64,000 nucleotides of DNA from an uncultured delta proteobacterium (GTDB lineage: Bacteria > Desulfobacterota > Desulfobacteria > Desulfobacterales > JAFDCJ01), in NCBI GenBank assembly GCA_963769935.1, contig CAVYNY010000016.1:32001-96000 (forward strand). The letters run 5' to 3'. The notes beneath the pieces were generated by a model. That model worked only from the letters and a program-made list of their open reading frames with translations. It made no database searches and had not been told where the DNA came from. Below are positions 50,809 to 62,020 of the stretch, in pieces. The stretch's first letter is position 1. Each line of letters opens with the position of its first letter. The translations under genes were made by a program, and so were the position numbers.

Positions 50809-53103
50809 ATGGCAGCAGCCCCTGCAGGCGCTTCGCAAGAGACTGAAGTTACATTCGCCCGTGACCTGGGTCTTTTTGATGCCACCATGATCGGAATCGG
50901 AGCCATGATCGGCGCCGGTATTTTTGTGCTCACCGGCATTGCCGCCGGTGAAGCGGGACCCGCGGCGCTGCTGGCATTTGGCCTCAACGGGCTGGTAACC
51001 CTGCTCACGGCCCTCTCATATGCCGAACTGGCCTCGGTCTATCCGAAATCAGGCGGCGGCTATTCCTTCATCACCAAAGCATTCCCCGGTCCGGCAGGGT
51101 TTGCCTCAGGGTGGATGCTGTGGTTTTGCTACATCATTGCGTGCGCGCTGTATGCGCTTGGATTCGGCAGCTATTTCTGGGAATTTATTCAGCGCTATTT
51201 TCCCGCCATCGCCGATCTTGTCTTCAATAACGCCGGTCACAAAGCCCCGGCACTGACGATGACCGTTTTGGTGAACATCATTTTTATTCTTGTCAATATG
51301 CGGGGCACGGCCTTAACCGGCAGCGTTGAAAATATCATCACAATGGCCAAAATAATCATTCTCGGTATATTTATCGCTTATGGGCTGAAGCGAATTTTTC
51401 AAATCCCCGGCGAAGCAGCGGCAAACTTTACGCCCTTTCTGCCGAACGGTGCCGGCAGTGTGGTCATCGCCATGGGGTTGACATTCATCGCCTTTGAAGG
51501 CTATGACCTGATCGCAACCGTTGCCGAAGAGATCAAAGCGCCTGAAAAAACCATTCCGCGGGCCACGTTGATTTCTCTGAGCGTCACCGTCTTCATCTAT
51601 CTGATGATCCTGCTGGTTTGCATTGGAGCCATTCAACCCGATTCGGGCAAATCCTGGGAGTTTCTGGGTCGGTATCAGGAAACGGCCATTGCCAAGGCGG
51701 CGCAGAACTTCATGCCGCTTTTTGGTGTGGCGCTGATTATCTTCGGGGGGTTGCTTTCAACAATATCCGCTTTAAACGCAACCATCTTGGCCTCATCGCG
51801 GGTGGCCTTTTCCATGAGTCGCGACAAAATGCTGCCGGTGTCCCTGAGCACGATCCATGCCCGGCGTCGCACACCGCATATTGCCATTGCGGTCACCGGG
51901 GTGATTGTCCTCGTCATGGCATTGCTTTTCCCGATTCACGTGATCGGGTCCGCTGCCAGTGTTATGTTTTTGCTGACATTTACCCTGGTCAATCTCTCAC
52001 TCATCGCGCTGCGCCGCAAGTTCCCGGAATTGAAAGGCGGGTTTCGGGTGCCGCTATATCCGGCGACCCCGATTGTCGCCATCGCGCTCAACATGTTTCT
52101 GGCGGTCTATCAGTTCAATTTCGATCCCCGGGCCTGGTATATTGCCATGGCCTGGATCATCGTCGGTTTGTTCATTTACTTTATGTACTTTGAAAAAGTC
52201 TCGGCTGCCGATATGCCCCAGGTGCTCGAAGTCCAGCAGCCGAAAAGTCCGAACAGCTATTCGTATCGCATCCTGGTTCCACTTCATAACCCCGATCACG
52301 TGGTCCCTCTGATGAAACTGGCCATTCCCGTTGCCAAGGCCCACCAGGGCGAAATCATCGTGCTTGGCGTCACCGATGTTCCGATCAACCTTCCGCCTCA
52401 TGAAGGGATGCGATTTGTCCATCACAAAACGCCGCTTCTGAGAAAAGCGATCGAGTACGGCAACGAGCAGGGCGTCGAAACCCGCTCGGCGGTCCGCATT
52501 GCGCATCAAGTGTGGGACGGAATTCTCCATGCCGCCGAAGCGGAAAAGGCAACCCTCATCCTGATGGGCTGGAAAGGCTTCACCACCACCCGCGACCGGA
52601 TTATGGGCGAAGTCACCGATAAAGTTGTCAGGTATGCCCCCTGTGATCTTATCACGGTGAAACTGATGGGAGATCATCCGATCCGGCGCATACTGATCAC
52701 AACGGCCGGCGGTCCGCATGCGGCGCTAGCTGCCGAATATATGGGAATATACCACGACACGGAAGGATACGAGGTGACGTGCTGCTACGTGGTGGAACCC
52801 GGTTCAGGGGATGGCGATCGCGAAACAGCCCGCCAATGGATTCAGAAGACCATCCATCTCACCAATCTGGAAGGCAAGGCCGACATGCGCCTCCTGGAAG
52901 GCAAAAGAGTGGCGACAACGCTGGTCAAGGCGGCGGCGGATTACGATATGATCGCCCTGGGGGCATCCCGGGAAGGGGTCTTCTCAAATGTGCTGTTCGG
53001 TGAAATCCCGGAAAAGGTTGCCCGGTACTCCAAGTCACCGGTAATGATCGTGCAGCGCTACGAAGGTCCGGTCAAATCGCTCGTAAAAAGGATAATGGGA
53101 TAG
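50809..53103 (+). CDS. APC-family amino acid permease with two USP domains
   Basis: GAMIGAGIF, YAELAS..P.SGG, FEG, EEIK.P; C-terminal RILVP / ILITTAGGPH USP folds. Confidence 0.9.
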   Translation: MAAAPAGASQETEVTFARDLGLFDATMIGIGAMIGAGIFVLTGIAAGEAGPAALLAFGLNGLVTLLTALSYAELASVYPKSGGGYSFITKAFPGPAGFASGWMLWFCYIIACALYALGFGSYFWEFIQRYFPAIADLVFNNAGHKAPALTMTVLVNIIFILVNMRGTALTGSVENIITMAKIIILGIFIAYGLKRIFQIPGEAAANFTPFLPNGAGSVVIAMGLTFIAFEGYDLIATVAEEIKAPEKTIPRATLISLSVTVFIYLMILLVCIGAIQPDSGKSWEFLGRYQETAIAKAAQNFMPLFGVALIIFGGLLSTISALNATILASSRVAFSMSRDKMLPVSLSTIHARRRTPHIAIAVTGVIVLVMALLFPIHVIGSAASVMFLLTFTLVNLSLIALRRKFPELKGGFRVPLYPATPIVAIALNMFLAVYQFNFDPRAWYIAMAWIIVGLFIYFMYFEKVSAADMPQVLEVQQPKSPNSYSYRILVPLHNPDHVVPLMKLAIPVAKAHQGEIIVLGVTDVPINLPPHEGMRFVHHKTPLLRKAIEYGNEQGVETRSAVRIAHQVWDGILHAAEAEKATLILMGWKGFTTTRDRIMGEVTDKVVRYAPCDLITVKLMGDHPIRRILITTAGGPHAALAAEYMGIYHDTEGYEVTCCYVVEPGSGDGDRETARQWIQKTIHLTNLEGKADMRLLEGKRVATTLVKAAADYDMIALGASREGVFSNVLFGEIPEKVARYSKSPVMIVQRYEGPVKSLVKRIMG

Positions 53104-53236
53104 CAGTTACCCTGAAATCCGATCGATCACCGTTAGATCCGATTATCTCGTTTTGAAGTATATATTCCCAAAATGGCATGTCTCCCCCTCCCCTCAAAAG
53201 AGAAAGGCCCAACATTTCTATTGGACCTTTAAAAAT

Positions 53237-53312
53237 TGGCTCCCCGGGTAGGACTCGAACCTACAACCTAGTGGTTAACAGCCACCCGCTCTGCCTATTG
53301 AGCTACCGAGGA
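53237..53312 (-). tRNA. tRNA-Asn (GTT)
   Basis: Minus strand TCCTCGG...GTGG-CTGTTAA-CCAC...GGTTCGAGTCC...CCGGGGA-G-CCA. Confidence 0.96.
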
Positions 53313-53382
53313 TCAATTTGAACGACCTTATTTAGTTAAATAATCAATTGATGTCAAGACAAATTTGAATGTCATGCTGTTT

Positions 53383-55185
53383 TCAATTGTCCTGGCTTGT
53401 CTGAATACCCGGCCGCAGTTTCAGGTGCAGCTCCTCCAGCTGCTCCTTGGCGGTGGTGGAAGGCGCCCCGGTCAGCAGGCAGGCGGCTTTCTGGGTTTTG
53501 GGAAAGGCGATGACATCCCGAATGGAAGCTTCTCCGCACATTAGCATGACCAGCCGGTCAACTCCGAGGGCAATTCCCCCGTGGGGCGGCGCCCCGGAAT
53601 CCAGCGCCGAAAGCAGGAAACCGAATTTTTCTTCATAGGTTTCCCGGTTCATTCCCAGCGCTTTAAATACCTTTTCCTGAACCTCGCGTTGATGAATCCG
53701 GATGCTGCCGCCGCCGATTTCAAATCCGTTTAACACCAGATCATAAGCACGGGACTGCACCGCCAGGGGATCATTTTCCAGCTTGGCATAGTCTTCTTCC
53801 AATGGAGAAGTAAATGGGTGATGCAGAGCCTGGTAACGTTTTTCGGTTTCATCGTATTCAAACATGGGAAAACGGGTAACCCATAAAAATCTGAATTCTT
53901 TCTCATCAATCAGGTTGAGTTTTTGGCCCAGATGATTTCTCAGGTTCCCCAGGGATTCATTAACCACCTTGGGCCGGTCGGCTACAAAAAAGACAAGATC
54001 GCCGGGCACCATCCGGATGCGTTCGGCCAGGGCCCGTTTTTCATCGTCGGTAAAAAATTTCGCAATCGGGCTCTGCCATTCATTCTCTTTGACTTTAATC
54101 CAGGCCATGCCTTTGGCCCGATACACGGCGACAAAATCGGTCAGATCGTCGATTTCCTTGCGTGAAAAATTAATACATCCCTTGGCATTCAAGGCCTTGA
54201 CGATACCGCCTTTTTTGACGACCTCGGAAAAGACCTTAAACCCGGAGCCCGCGACAATATCCGAGACATCATTCAGCTCAAGATCAAAGCGCGTGTCGGG
54301 TTTGTCCAGGCCGAAGCGTCCCACCGCCTCCTCATATGTCAACCGCGCAACAGGGGTTGTTATGTCCAGATTCAGCACTTCTTTAAAGAGGGTGGTCATC
54401 ATCCCCTCCGTCAGGTTCATCACATCTTCTTCACCCACAAAGGACATTTCGATATCGATTTGGGTAAACTCCGGTTGGCGGTCGGCGCGAAGATCTTCAT
54501 CCCGGAAACAGCGCACTATCTGGTAATAGCGGTCGAAGCCGGCGATCATAAAAAGCTGCTTGAATAACTGGGGCGACTGCGGCAGCGCATAAAACTGACC
54601 GGGATTGACCCGGCTGGGCACCAGGTAGTCCCGGGCGCCTTCCGGGGTACTGCGTGTCAGAAACGGCGTTTCAAGATCCAGAAATCCCTGACTGTTCAAA
54701 TAACTGCGTACGGAAGTGGTGGCCCTGTGTCTGAAGATAAGATTTTTTTGCATCTGAGGGCGCCGCAAATCCAAATGGCGGAATTTGAGACGAGTCAATT
54801 CCGACACTTCGATATCGTCCTCGATTCCAAAAGCCGGGGTTATAGCCGGGTTTAATATTTTAAGCTCCGTGACCATCACCTCGATCTCGCCGGTTTTCAG
54901 GTTGGGATTGACCATGCCTTCCGGTCGCGGCTCGACGTTGCCCCGCACGGCCAGTACATATTCATTTCGAATCTCATGGGCCTTGGCATGGACGGTTTGG
55001 TCGACCTCGGGGTTGAAAACTACCTGGGTGAGGCCCTCACGATCGCGTAGATCCACAAAAATCACGCCCCCGTGGTCCCGCCGGCGCAGGACCCAGCCCA
55101 TCAAAACCACTTCCTGGCCGATATTACCGGCGCTCAGTTCGCAACAGCTATGCGTTCGCCGCATATCTCCTAATTGGTCGGACAA
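53383..55185 (-). CDS. aspS: Aspartate--tRNA ligase, probably non-discriminating
   Basis: [45 protein letters not shown]. Confidence 0.97.
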   Translation of the reverse strand: MSDQLGDMRRTHSCCELSAGNIGQEVVLMGWVLRRRDHGGVIFVDLRDREGLTQVVFNPEVDQTVHAKAHEIRNEYVLAVRGNVEPRPEGMVNPNLKTGEIEVMVTELKILNPAITPAFGIEDDIEVSELTRLKFRHLDLRRPQMQKNLIFRHRATTSVRSYLNSQGFLDLETPFLTRSTPEGARDYLVPSRVNPGQFYALPQSPQLFKQLFMIAGFDRYYQIVRCFRDEDLRADRQPEFTQIDIEMSFVGEEDVMNLTEGMMTTLFKEVLNLDITTPVARLTYEEAVGRFGLDKPDTRFDLELNDVSDIVAGSGFKVFSEVVKKGGIVKALNAKGCINFSRKEIDDLTDFVAVYRAKGMAWIKVKENEWQSPIAKFFTDDEKRALAERIRMVPGDLVFFVADRPKVVNESLGNLRNHLGQKLNLIDEKEFRFLWVTRFPMFEYDETEKRYQALHHPFTSPLEEDYAKLENDPLAVQSRAYDLVLNGFEIGGGSIRIHQREVQEKVFKALGMNRETYEEKFGFLLSALDSGAPPHGGIALGVDRLVMLMCGEASIRDVIAFPKTQKAACLLTGAPSTTAKEQLEELHLKLRPGIQTSQDN

Positions 55186-55201
55186 CTTATTATTGCTCCT
55201 T

Positions 55202-56455
55202 TCAGCGAATTATATTCTTGATGGTTTGAATTATATTATCTAAAGGCACTGAGATTTGTTCTTTATTTTCCATATTCCGCAGTATCGCCGTTCTCTCCTT
55301 CAACTCGTTGTCCCCCAGAATCATAACGTAGGAAGCGCCCAGCCGGTCGGCGCGCTTCATCTGGCTTTTAAGGCTGTTGTCGCTGAAATCCATCTCAACC
55401 CGAATACTTTCCAGGCCCAGCTTGCACATCCACTCAAATGCCCGCGTTTGACTTTTAGCGCCCAAGGCCGCCACAAAAAGGTCCGGCTTTTGGATCGGCA
55501 CCGATGCATTCAATGCGGCCAGTTCCGCCAGTCTGTCAAATCCGACGGCAAAACCGGTGGCCGGGATATCGGGCCCCCCCAGTTCTTTTACCAGATTGTC
55601 GTAGCGGCCGCCGCCGGCCACTGCGCTCTGGGCACCCAGGGAAGTTGTCTGAATCTCAAAAGCGGTGCGGGTGTAGTAATCGAGCCCGCGCACCAGCTGT
55701 CCGTCAATGACATAGGTCACATCAAGCCGGGTCAACGCTTGCCGAACCTGATCGAAATCAGTCCGGCACTCCCCACACAGGTGGTCCAGGATGGAAGGCG
55801 CACCCGTTAAAGCCTCCCGGCAGGAGGGAACCTTACAGTCCAGAACCCGCAACGGATTGCGGTCCCGCCGGCGAATACAGTCCGGACACAGCCGATCGCC
55901 GACAGTCAGCAAAAAGTCACTCAGGGCCTTTTTGAAATGCGGCCGGCATTGGGGGCAGCCCAGGGAATTGATGCGGGCTTCAACATCCTGCAGTTTCAGC
56001 CGCGTGCAAAGTGTCACCAATAAATATATCAACTGGACATCCACCAGACCGGATTGCACACCGAAAATCTCGGCATCGATCTGATAAAATTGCCGGTACC
56101 TGCCCTTCTGCGGTCGTTCGCGCCGAAACATCGGCCCAATCATGTAGAATTTTTTAACCGGATCCTGATTATATAATTTGTGCTGGATATACGCGCGGCA
56201 AATCGAGGCGGTGGCCTCAGGTCTCAGCGTCACCAACTCCCCTCCGCGGTCGGGAAAAGTATACATCTCCTTTTCGACAATATCCGTATCTTCGCCGATG
56301 CCGCGTTTAAAAAGTTCGGTGCGTTCCATGATCGGAATCCGAATCTCACTGAAGCCGAAATCTTCAAAAAGCTTTCGTGCGACCCTTTCGATCTCCTGCC
56401 AGAGTTCCACTTCACCGGGTAGGATATCCTTAAATCCTCGAATCAACTGTATCAT
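55202..56455 (-). CDS. hisS: Histidine--tRNA ligase
   Basis: [36 protein letters not shown]. Confidence 0.97.
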   Translation of the reverse strand: MIQLIRGFKDILPGEVELWQEIERVARKLFEDFGFSEIRIPIMERTELFKRGIGEDTDIVEKEMYTFPDRGGELVTLRPEATASICRAYIQHKLYNQDPVKKFYMIGPMFRRERPQKGRYRQFYQIDAEIFGVQSGLVDVQLIYLLVTLCTRLKLQDVEARINSLGCPQCRPHFKKALSDFLLTVGDRLCPDCIRRRDRNPLRVLDCKVPSCREALTGAPSILDHLCGECRTDFDQVRQALTRLDVTYVIDGQLVRGLDYYTRTAFEIQTTSLGAQSAVAGGGRYDNLVKELGGPDIPATGFAVGFDRLAELAALNASVPIQKPDLFVAALGAKSQTRAFEWMCKLGLESIRVEMDFSDNSLKSQMKRADRLGASYVMILGDNELKERTAILRNMENKEQISVPLDNIIQTIKNIIR

Positions 56456-56545
56456 GCGAATCGTTTAAACCCCGCTGCCAAGAATATTTCAGTCTTCTTT
56501 TAGACCCTACGGCGATTTATCTAACAACGTGTTGCCAGAAACTTA

Positions 56546-56704
56546 AGGTTTCAGGTGTCAGCGGCGCCGCTGGCCTGAAAACCGGCCAGCTTGATCGATA
56601 TCCCAAACTTGTTTTAGAATGAGTCTAAAAAAATAGAAGGGGGCACAGGTGGTCAGGGATGTATTTTCTTTCTCCCGACATCCGATTCCTGAAACCTGAA
56701 ACCC
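56546..56704. mobile_element. Short MITE-like element (same family as 29966-30350)
   Basis: AGGTTTCAGGTGTCAGC..CGCTGGCC..GGCC..TGATCGA ... CCTGAAACCTGAAACCC. Confidence 0.55.
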
Positions 56705-56838
56705 ATCCGTATCACGCCGACCCCCGAAGCGGGGTCTCCGCTCCGAATGGCTTGTCCAGGTTAGTTTAGCAATGCATAAGTTGGTATTATTAGCTCATTA
56801 AACAATTTAAAGTCAATATTAATATTTTCTTTTTAAAC

Positions 56839-56867
56839 TTGACACCTTAGGTGCTTTTGCTTATAAA
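56839..56867 (+). promoter_or_regulatory. sigma70 promoter
   Basis: TTGACA-N17-TATAAA. Confidence 0.65.
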
Positions 56868-56900
56868 AATCAATTTTATAGATCGAATGATCAGGAGCAA

Positions 56901-57908
56901 ATGTTGGCAAAGCCGGGCAAGCAAAATTCCCTAACGGATATCGAAGGGATTCTGGTTGGAAATTATACGGATCAGAAGGCGGTCAGCGGAGTGACGGTGG
57001 TCCTCTGCCCGCAAGGTGCTGTCGCCGGTGTGGATGTGAGAGGCTCTGCTCCGGGAACCAGAGAAACCGATGTGTTGGCCCCCAACAATCTGGTCGAGCA
57101 GGTTCAGGCTGTTGTTCTGGCCGGCGGCTCCGTTTTCGGGCTGTCGGCCTGCGATGGGGTGACCCGCTGGCTGGCCGAAAAAGGTTATGGTTTTCCGCTC
57201 GATCAGGGATATGTCGCGCCGATCGTACCGGCCGCCGTGCTTTACGATTTAGGTCGCGGCGCGCAATTTATTCCACCTATCAACGGGGATTGGGGCCGTT
57301 TCGCCTGTGAAGGGGCCGGCGATTTTCCGGTGGAAATGGGTTGTGTCGGTGCCGGAACCGGCGCATTGGCCGGCAGCATAAAAGGCGGACTGGGTACGGC
57401 CAGTCTTTTGTTGGACAGCGGAATCACCGTAGCGGTCGTAGTGGCCGTCAACCCGGACGGCTCGGTTGTCAATCCTGCCGACGGCCGTCCCTGGGAAATC
57501 GGCCGGGAAATCAATGGAGAATTCGGTCGGCAGGGAAAACGTGCCGTGAGGTTGCCGCCCAAACCGACGCCCGGTCCCATCCGAAATACCACAATCGGAG
57601 TCGTGGCAACGGATGCCGTTCTTACCAAGCCGCAGGCCCAAAAGGTCGCTCAGATGGCCCACGACGGTATGGCCAGGGCAATTCGCCCGGCCCACACCAT
57701 GTTTGACGGCGACACCGTATTCTGCCTGGCCACCGGCAAGCAGGAACTGCCCCCAGCACCCGGAATTTTTGCCGTGCCCAAAGCGCAAAGCCTGAATGAA
57801 ATCGGCCATGCCGCCGCCGACTGTATGTCCCGAGCAATTATCCACGCCATTTTGCATGCGCATTCTATTGCGGGCATGATCGCATTTTGCGATCTGGACG
57901 ATTTTTAG
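56901..57908 (+). CDS. P1/S58-family (DmpA/NylC-like) peptidase
   Basis: GSAPGTRE, GGSVFGL, VPAAVLYD, VGAGTGA, NTTIGVVATD, HTMFDGD. Confidence 0.9.
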   Translation: MLAKPGKQNSLTDIEGILVGNYTDQKAVSGVTVVLCPQGAVAGVDVRGSAPGTRETDVLAPNNLVEQVQAVVLAGGSVFGLSACDGVTRWLAEKGYGFPLDQGYVAPIVPAAVLYDLGRGAQFIPPINGDWGRFACEGAGDFPVEMGCVGAGTGALAGSIKGGLGTASLLLDSGITVAVVVAVNPDGSVVNPADGRPWEIGREINGEFGRQGKRAVRLPPKPTPGPIRNTTIGVVATDAVLTKPQAQKVAQMAHDGMARAIRPAHTMFDGDTVFCLATGKQELPPAPGIFAVPKAQSLNEIGHAAADCMSRAIIHAILHAHSIAGMIAFCDLDDF

Positions 57909-57951
57909 AGCCTTAAATTTAATATCTTTGGCTTTTATAAAAAAAATATTT

Positions 57952-58071
57952 TCACCACGAAAACACGAAATCTTGAAAGCACGAAATTTAACTTGCCTTT
58001 TTTTCGTGTTTTCGCCCGCCCCGTTAAACCTTTTTTCTCTGTTTAACCGGGGTCCTTTCGTGCTTTCGTGA
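57952..58071. repeat. CACGAAA/TTTCGTG inverted-repeat element with nested hairpin
   Basis: Three CACGAAA, then TTTCGTG copies interrupted by CCCCGTTAAAC...GTTTAACCGGGG. Confidence 0.7.
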
Positions 58072-58143
58072 TTAAGTTCTTTTTTGGTTCGGACTTGTCC
58101 GGATTAAGAAGAAGTTGACAAATTCAGAAAAGGAGATTGAATA

Positions 58144-59640
58144 ATGAAAAAGTTTCTATTGATTTCGATGGTACTGGCCCTCATGGTTCCAGTGCAGGGG
58201 TCTTTGGCCGCCACCCCGCAAAAAGGCGGGAATCTGGTTCTGTGTGTGGGCGACGAACCACCGGGACTGGATCCCACCGCCAGCGCCTCCGCCGCCATTG
58301 ATCGGGTGGTTTACGCCAACATTATGGAGGGTCTGGTCAAGGTCGACAGCAACGGCCGATTTGTGCCGGGTTTGGCCACCAAATGGGACGTATCGCCCGA
58401 CGGCAAGGTTTACACCTTCCACCTGCGCCAAGGCGTCACCTTCCACAACGGGGAAGCTTTCAATGCCCAGGTGGCCAAGTGGAACCTGGAACGCGGTGCG
58501 GCCGAAGGCACCAAGAACGCCCATCCGGAATTTTTCCGTGTTATTGAAACCATCGCAGCCCCCGACAACAACACGCTGAAAGTAACCCTCAAGGATGTGG
58601 ATGCCCTGTTCATCGTCCATATGGCCGAGGGGGATGCGGTCATGCTGCCGATGAAGGGCTTTGAAAACATGGCTGCCGAGCCGATCGGGACCGGGCCGTT
58701 CAAGTTCGCGAAATGGACGCGGGGCGACAGCGTGGAAATGGTCAGGTACGATAAATACTGGAACCCGGCCCTGCCCTATCTGGACAAGGTGACCTACCGA
58801 TTTATCAAGGACCCCAGCGCCCAGGTTGCGGCCTTGAAGGCCGGCGACGTCGATCTGATAGGCTGGCTCTTTGCCCCCGAACTGGCGACGGACATCGCCA
58901 GGGATAAGCGCTTCAAGGTGCTCGCCGGTGCTTCCACTTCCGAAGTTATCATGTCCACCAACAACAAGGCCAAACCTTTCGACAACAAGCTCGTACGCCA
59001 GGCCATGGCCTACGCCATCGATCGGCAGACCGTCATTGATTTGGTCATGGCCGGCTACGGCACCGTCATCGGATCGCACTGGCCGCCCATCACTCCCTAT
59101 TACAAGGATCTGACCGGCCTGTTCCCCTATAACCCGGAAAAAGCCAAAAAGCTGCTGGCCGAGGCCGGCTACCCGAACGGTTTTGAAGCGACCATCAAGC
59201 TGCCGGCCATCTATCCTTATAGCCAGCGCGCCGGCGAGGTGATCGCCGACATGCTGGGTCAAGTCGGCATCAAACTCAAGATCGAGATCGTGGAATGGGG
59301 CTACTGGCTGGATCGCATATTTAAGCAGCATGATTACCAGCTGTCCATGATCGGCCACGCGGAAGCCTGGGACATCGGCATTTATGCCAACCCGAACTAC
59401 TACTTCCAGTATGACTCCCAGGAGTTCCGCGATGCCTATGCCAAGGCGCTGAAGGCCCCCAACGAGGCGGAAAAAGCCAAGTGGTTCGGCCGCTGCCAGG
59501 AGATCGTGGCGGAAGACGCCGTCAACGGATTTCTCTTCCTGTCGCCGGCGCTTTCAGCCATGAAGGTGGAACTGATGGGCTGGTGGAAGAATTATCCCAC
59601 CATCGCCATGGATTGCACACAAGTATGGTGGCAAAAGTAA
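58144..59640 (+). CDS. Peptide/nickel ABC substrate-binding protein (family 5)
   Basis: Signal peptide, LDP, PGLA..W, YTFHLR.GV.FHNG, GTGPF, VRQA. Confidence 0.93.
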   Translation: MKKFLLISMVLALMVPVQGSLAATPQKGGNLVLCVGDEPPGLDPTASASAAIDRVVYANIMEGLVKVDSNGRFVPGLATKWDVSPDGKVYTFHLRQGVTFHNGEAFNAQVAKWNLERGAAEGTKNAHPEFFRVIETIAAPDNNTLKVTLKDVDALFIVHMAEGDAVMLPMKGFENMAAEPIGTGPFKFAKWTRGDSVEMVRYDKYWNPALPYLDKVTYRFIKDPSAQVAALKAGDVDLIGWLFAPELATDIARDKRFKVLAGASTSEVIMSTNNKAKPFDNKLVRQAMAYAIDRQTVIDLVMAGYGTVIGSHWPPITPYYKDLTGLFPYNPEKAKKLLAEAGYPNGFEATIKLPAIYPYSQRAGEVIADMLGQVGIKLKIEIVEWGYWLDRIFKQHDYQLSMIGHAEAWDIGIYANPNYYFQYDSQEFRDAYAKALKAPNEAEKAKWFGRCQEIVAEDAVNGFLFLSPALSAMKVELMGWWKNYPTIAMDCTQVWWQK

Positions 59641-59685
59641 AGCCTGCTGACTTCTCAAATCGGTAAAAACCGGTATAAAAACGAA

Positions 59686-59715
59686 CGGGCAGTCCCGGTT
59701 CGCGGGGGCTGCCCG
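59686..59715 (+). other. Intercistronic stem-loop after the SBP gene
   Basis: CGGGCAGTCCC...GGGGCTGCCCG. Confidence 0.55.
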
Positions 59716-59726
59716 CTTTATCTGCC

Positions 59727-60671
59727 ATGCTGCGTTATTTTACAAAAAAGCTGATCACCCTGGTTCTGCTGCTTTTTCTGGTCTCGCTCACGGTGTTCTC
59801 GGTTCTCTTTGTCCTGCCCGGCGATCCGGCCCAGATCATACTCGGGATCAACGCCACGCCCGAGTCGCTGGCCAATCTGCGCGCCGAGCTGGGCCTGGAC
59901 AAATCTTTCATGGGTCAATACGCGGACTGGATCGGAGATCTCCTGCAGGGACGGAGCCAACAGTCCATCCATTACAAGATGCCGGTGTATGCGTTGATTC
60001 TTGACAGCCTGGCCGTGACCGGCCCGATGGCCCTTCTGGCCATGGTGTTCGCCCTGGCTATTTCACTGCCTTTGGGTATCTACGCCGCCCGGCATCAAAA
60101 TCAAACCGGCGACGTAACGGTCATGGTTTGCACCCAGCTCGGCCTGGCCACACCGGAATTCTGGTTTGGAATCCTGCTGACGCTGCTGTTCTCGGTCCAG
60201 TTGGGCTGGTTCTCGGCCGGCGGCTTCCCGGGCTGGAGCAAAGATTTCTGGGGATCCCTCAAAGCGCTGCTGCTGCCGGCCTTCGCCCTGGGTGTCATCC
60301 GCGCCTCCATCCTGACTCGGCTCACCCGCTCCTCCATGCTCGAAGTGCTGCGCGAGGATTACGTCCGCACGGCGCGGGCCAAGGGCCTCAGGGAACGGAC
60401 GGTGGTTTACGTGCATGCTCTGCGCAATGCTCTGGTTCCGGTTCTGACCATTATGGGGCTCCAACTCGGGCAGCTTTTGGCCGGCGCCATCATCATCGAA
60501 AACGTCTTCTTCCTGCCTGGACTGGGAAGACTGGTGTTCAACGCCATCGGGCAGCGCGACCTGCCGGTGGTTCGGGACATCGTGCTGTTTATGGCCGCAG
60601 CCGTCGTGCTGGTGAATTTTATAGTGGATATGGCCTACGCCTGGCTGGATCCCAGAATCCGGATAGAGTAA
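59727..60671 (+). CDS. Peptide ABC permease (DppB-like)
   Basis: LPGDPA, P.FW, YVRTARAKG, HALRNA, DPRI. Confidence 0.93.
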   Translation: MLRYFTKKLITLVLLLFLVSLTVFSVLFVLPGDPAQIILGINATPESLANLRAELGLDKSFMGQYADWIGDLLQGRSQQSIHYKMPVYALILDSLAVTGPMALLAMVFALAISLPLGIYAARHQNQTGDVTVMVCTQLGLATPEFWFGILLTLLFSVQLGWFSAGGFPGWSKDFWGSLKALLLPAFALGVIRASILTRLTRSSMLEVLREDYVRTARAKGLRERTVVYVHALRNALVPVLTIMGLQLGQLLAGAIIIENVFFLPGLGRLVFNAIGQRDLPVVRDIVLFMAAAVVLVNFIVDMAYAWLDPRIRIE

Positions 60672-60858
60672 TTGAAAATTGAAGATTGTATATTGAATAT
60701 TTGAGGCCCGCCTGCGGCGGATCAGTTTTAAAATAACCGCAGTTGAAGGCCTCCTCTATAGGAACGGGACAAAGGTTCCGGAGGGCTTGCGGCCGGATGT
60801 CATGTTTAACTTTAGGATCTGTGCCCATCCGTGTTCATCCGTGTCCGAATATATTAAA

Positions 60859-61683
60859 ATGAAGCGATTTTTTAATAATAAAAACTTTACCGTCGGGTTT
60901 GTCCTGTCGGCGATAGTGGTCGTCGCGGCTCTGATCAGTCTGCTCTGGACGCCCTATGACGCCAATAAGATGAATGCCCCGCAGCGCCTGAAAGGACCTT
61001 CCTGGCAACATCCGCTGGGCACGGACCAATACGGCCGCGACACGCTCTCCCGGGTGATGGTGGGCGCGGGCAATTCGATCATCGTCGGACTGGTGACCGT
61101 AGCCATCGGACTGAGCGCCGGGGTCCTGCTGGGATTGGCGGCCGCCTACTACGGTAAGCTGGTGGACGAATCCATCATGCGGTTTTCGGACTTGCTGTTC
61201 GGTTTTCCGGCGGTGCTCACGGCGATTCTGATAACATCCATTATGGGACCTTCGATGATCAATGCCATGCTGGCCATTGGAATTTTCTACATCCCGGTGT
61301 TTGCCCGCCTGACCCGGGCCGTATCCCTGACCATCTGGGAGCGGGAGTTTATTGCCGCCGCCCGCGCCAGCGGTATCAGCGAATGGGCCATCACCTGGCG
61401 CCATGTGCTGCCCAATATTTTATCGACCCTGATAATCCAGGGGACCATTCAGTTTGCCGTGGCGATTCTGGCCGAGGCCGGCCTCAGTTACCTGGGGCTG
61501 GGCACTCAGCCGCCGAACGCCTCCTGGGGCCGCATGCTCAACGAGGCCCAGACCTATATGTCTTTGGCGCCCTGGATGGCAATTTTTCCGGGCCTGTCCA
61601 TCGCCTGGGCCGTACTGGGATTTAATTTGCTGGGAGATGGATTGAGGGATACATTGGACCCGAGGATGGTAAAGGTGCGATAG
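60859..61683 (+). CDS. Peptide ABC permease (DppC-like)
   Basis: HPLGTDQYGRD, AARASG, RHVLPN, LSYLGLG, GDGLRD.LDP. Confidence 0.93.
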   Translation: MKRFFNNKNFTVGFVLSAIVVVAALISLLWTPYDANKMNAPQRLKGPSWQHPLGTDQYGRDTLSRVMVGAGNSIIVGLVTVAIGLSAGVLLGLAAAYYGKLVDESIMRFSDLLFGFPAVLTAILITSIMGPSMINAMLAIGIFYIPVFARLTRAVSLTIWEREFIAAARASGISEWAITWRHVLPNILSTLIIQGTIQFAVAILAEAGLSYLGLGTQPPNASWGRMLNEAQTYMSLAPWMAIFPGLSIAWAVLGFNLLGDGLRDTLDPRMVKVR

Positions 61684-61756
61684 TGTTGTGGCCCACAATT
61701 AGCTTAAAAAAACTGGAACTGGATAGATAAACTATAATTGCGTCTTTGAATATAAA

Positions 61757-61983
61757 AAATTCCAAGTTCCAAAAAAACAAATAACAAACAATATCCAAAT
61801 TCCAAGCTCCAATGACCCAAACAGGTTTTGAATTGCAGCAATATGCTTGCTGGGGTCTGAACTCAGGCAAAATGAAGTTTATCAGAAATTATCGAATAGA
61901 CATGATTTACTGTAATCTGAAATTTGTTTCGAATTTGAGTTTTGAGATTTATTTGAAATTTGGAATTTGAGATTTGGAATTTT
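61757..61983. repeat. AAATTCC/GGAATTT heptamer inverted-repeat element
   Basis: AAATTCCAAGTTCCAA..AAATTCCAAGCTCC head; TTGAAATTTGGAATTTGAGATTTGGAATTT tail. Confidence 0.65.
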
Positions 61984-62020
61984 TTTCAGATTTCGTGAAC
62001 CGGCTTAGGAGTAAGGTTAC

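Noticed and set aside
58156..59358. 400-aa antisense ORF over the ABC binding protein, and similar long antisense ORFs (15141, 30411, 62099)
   Set aside because: Fully overlap well-supported genes; expected from codon bias in GC-rich coding DNA.
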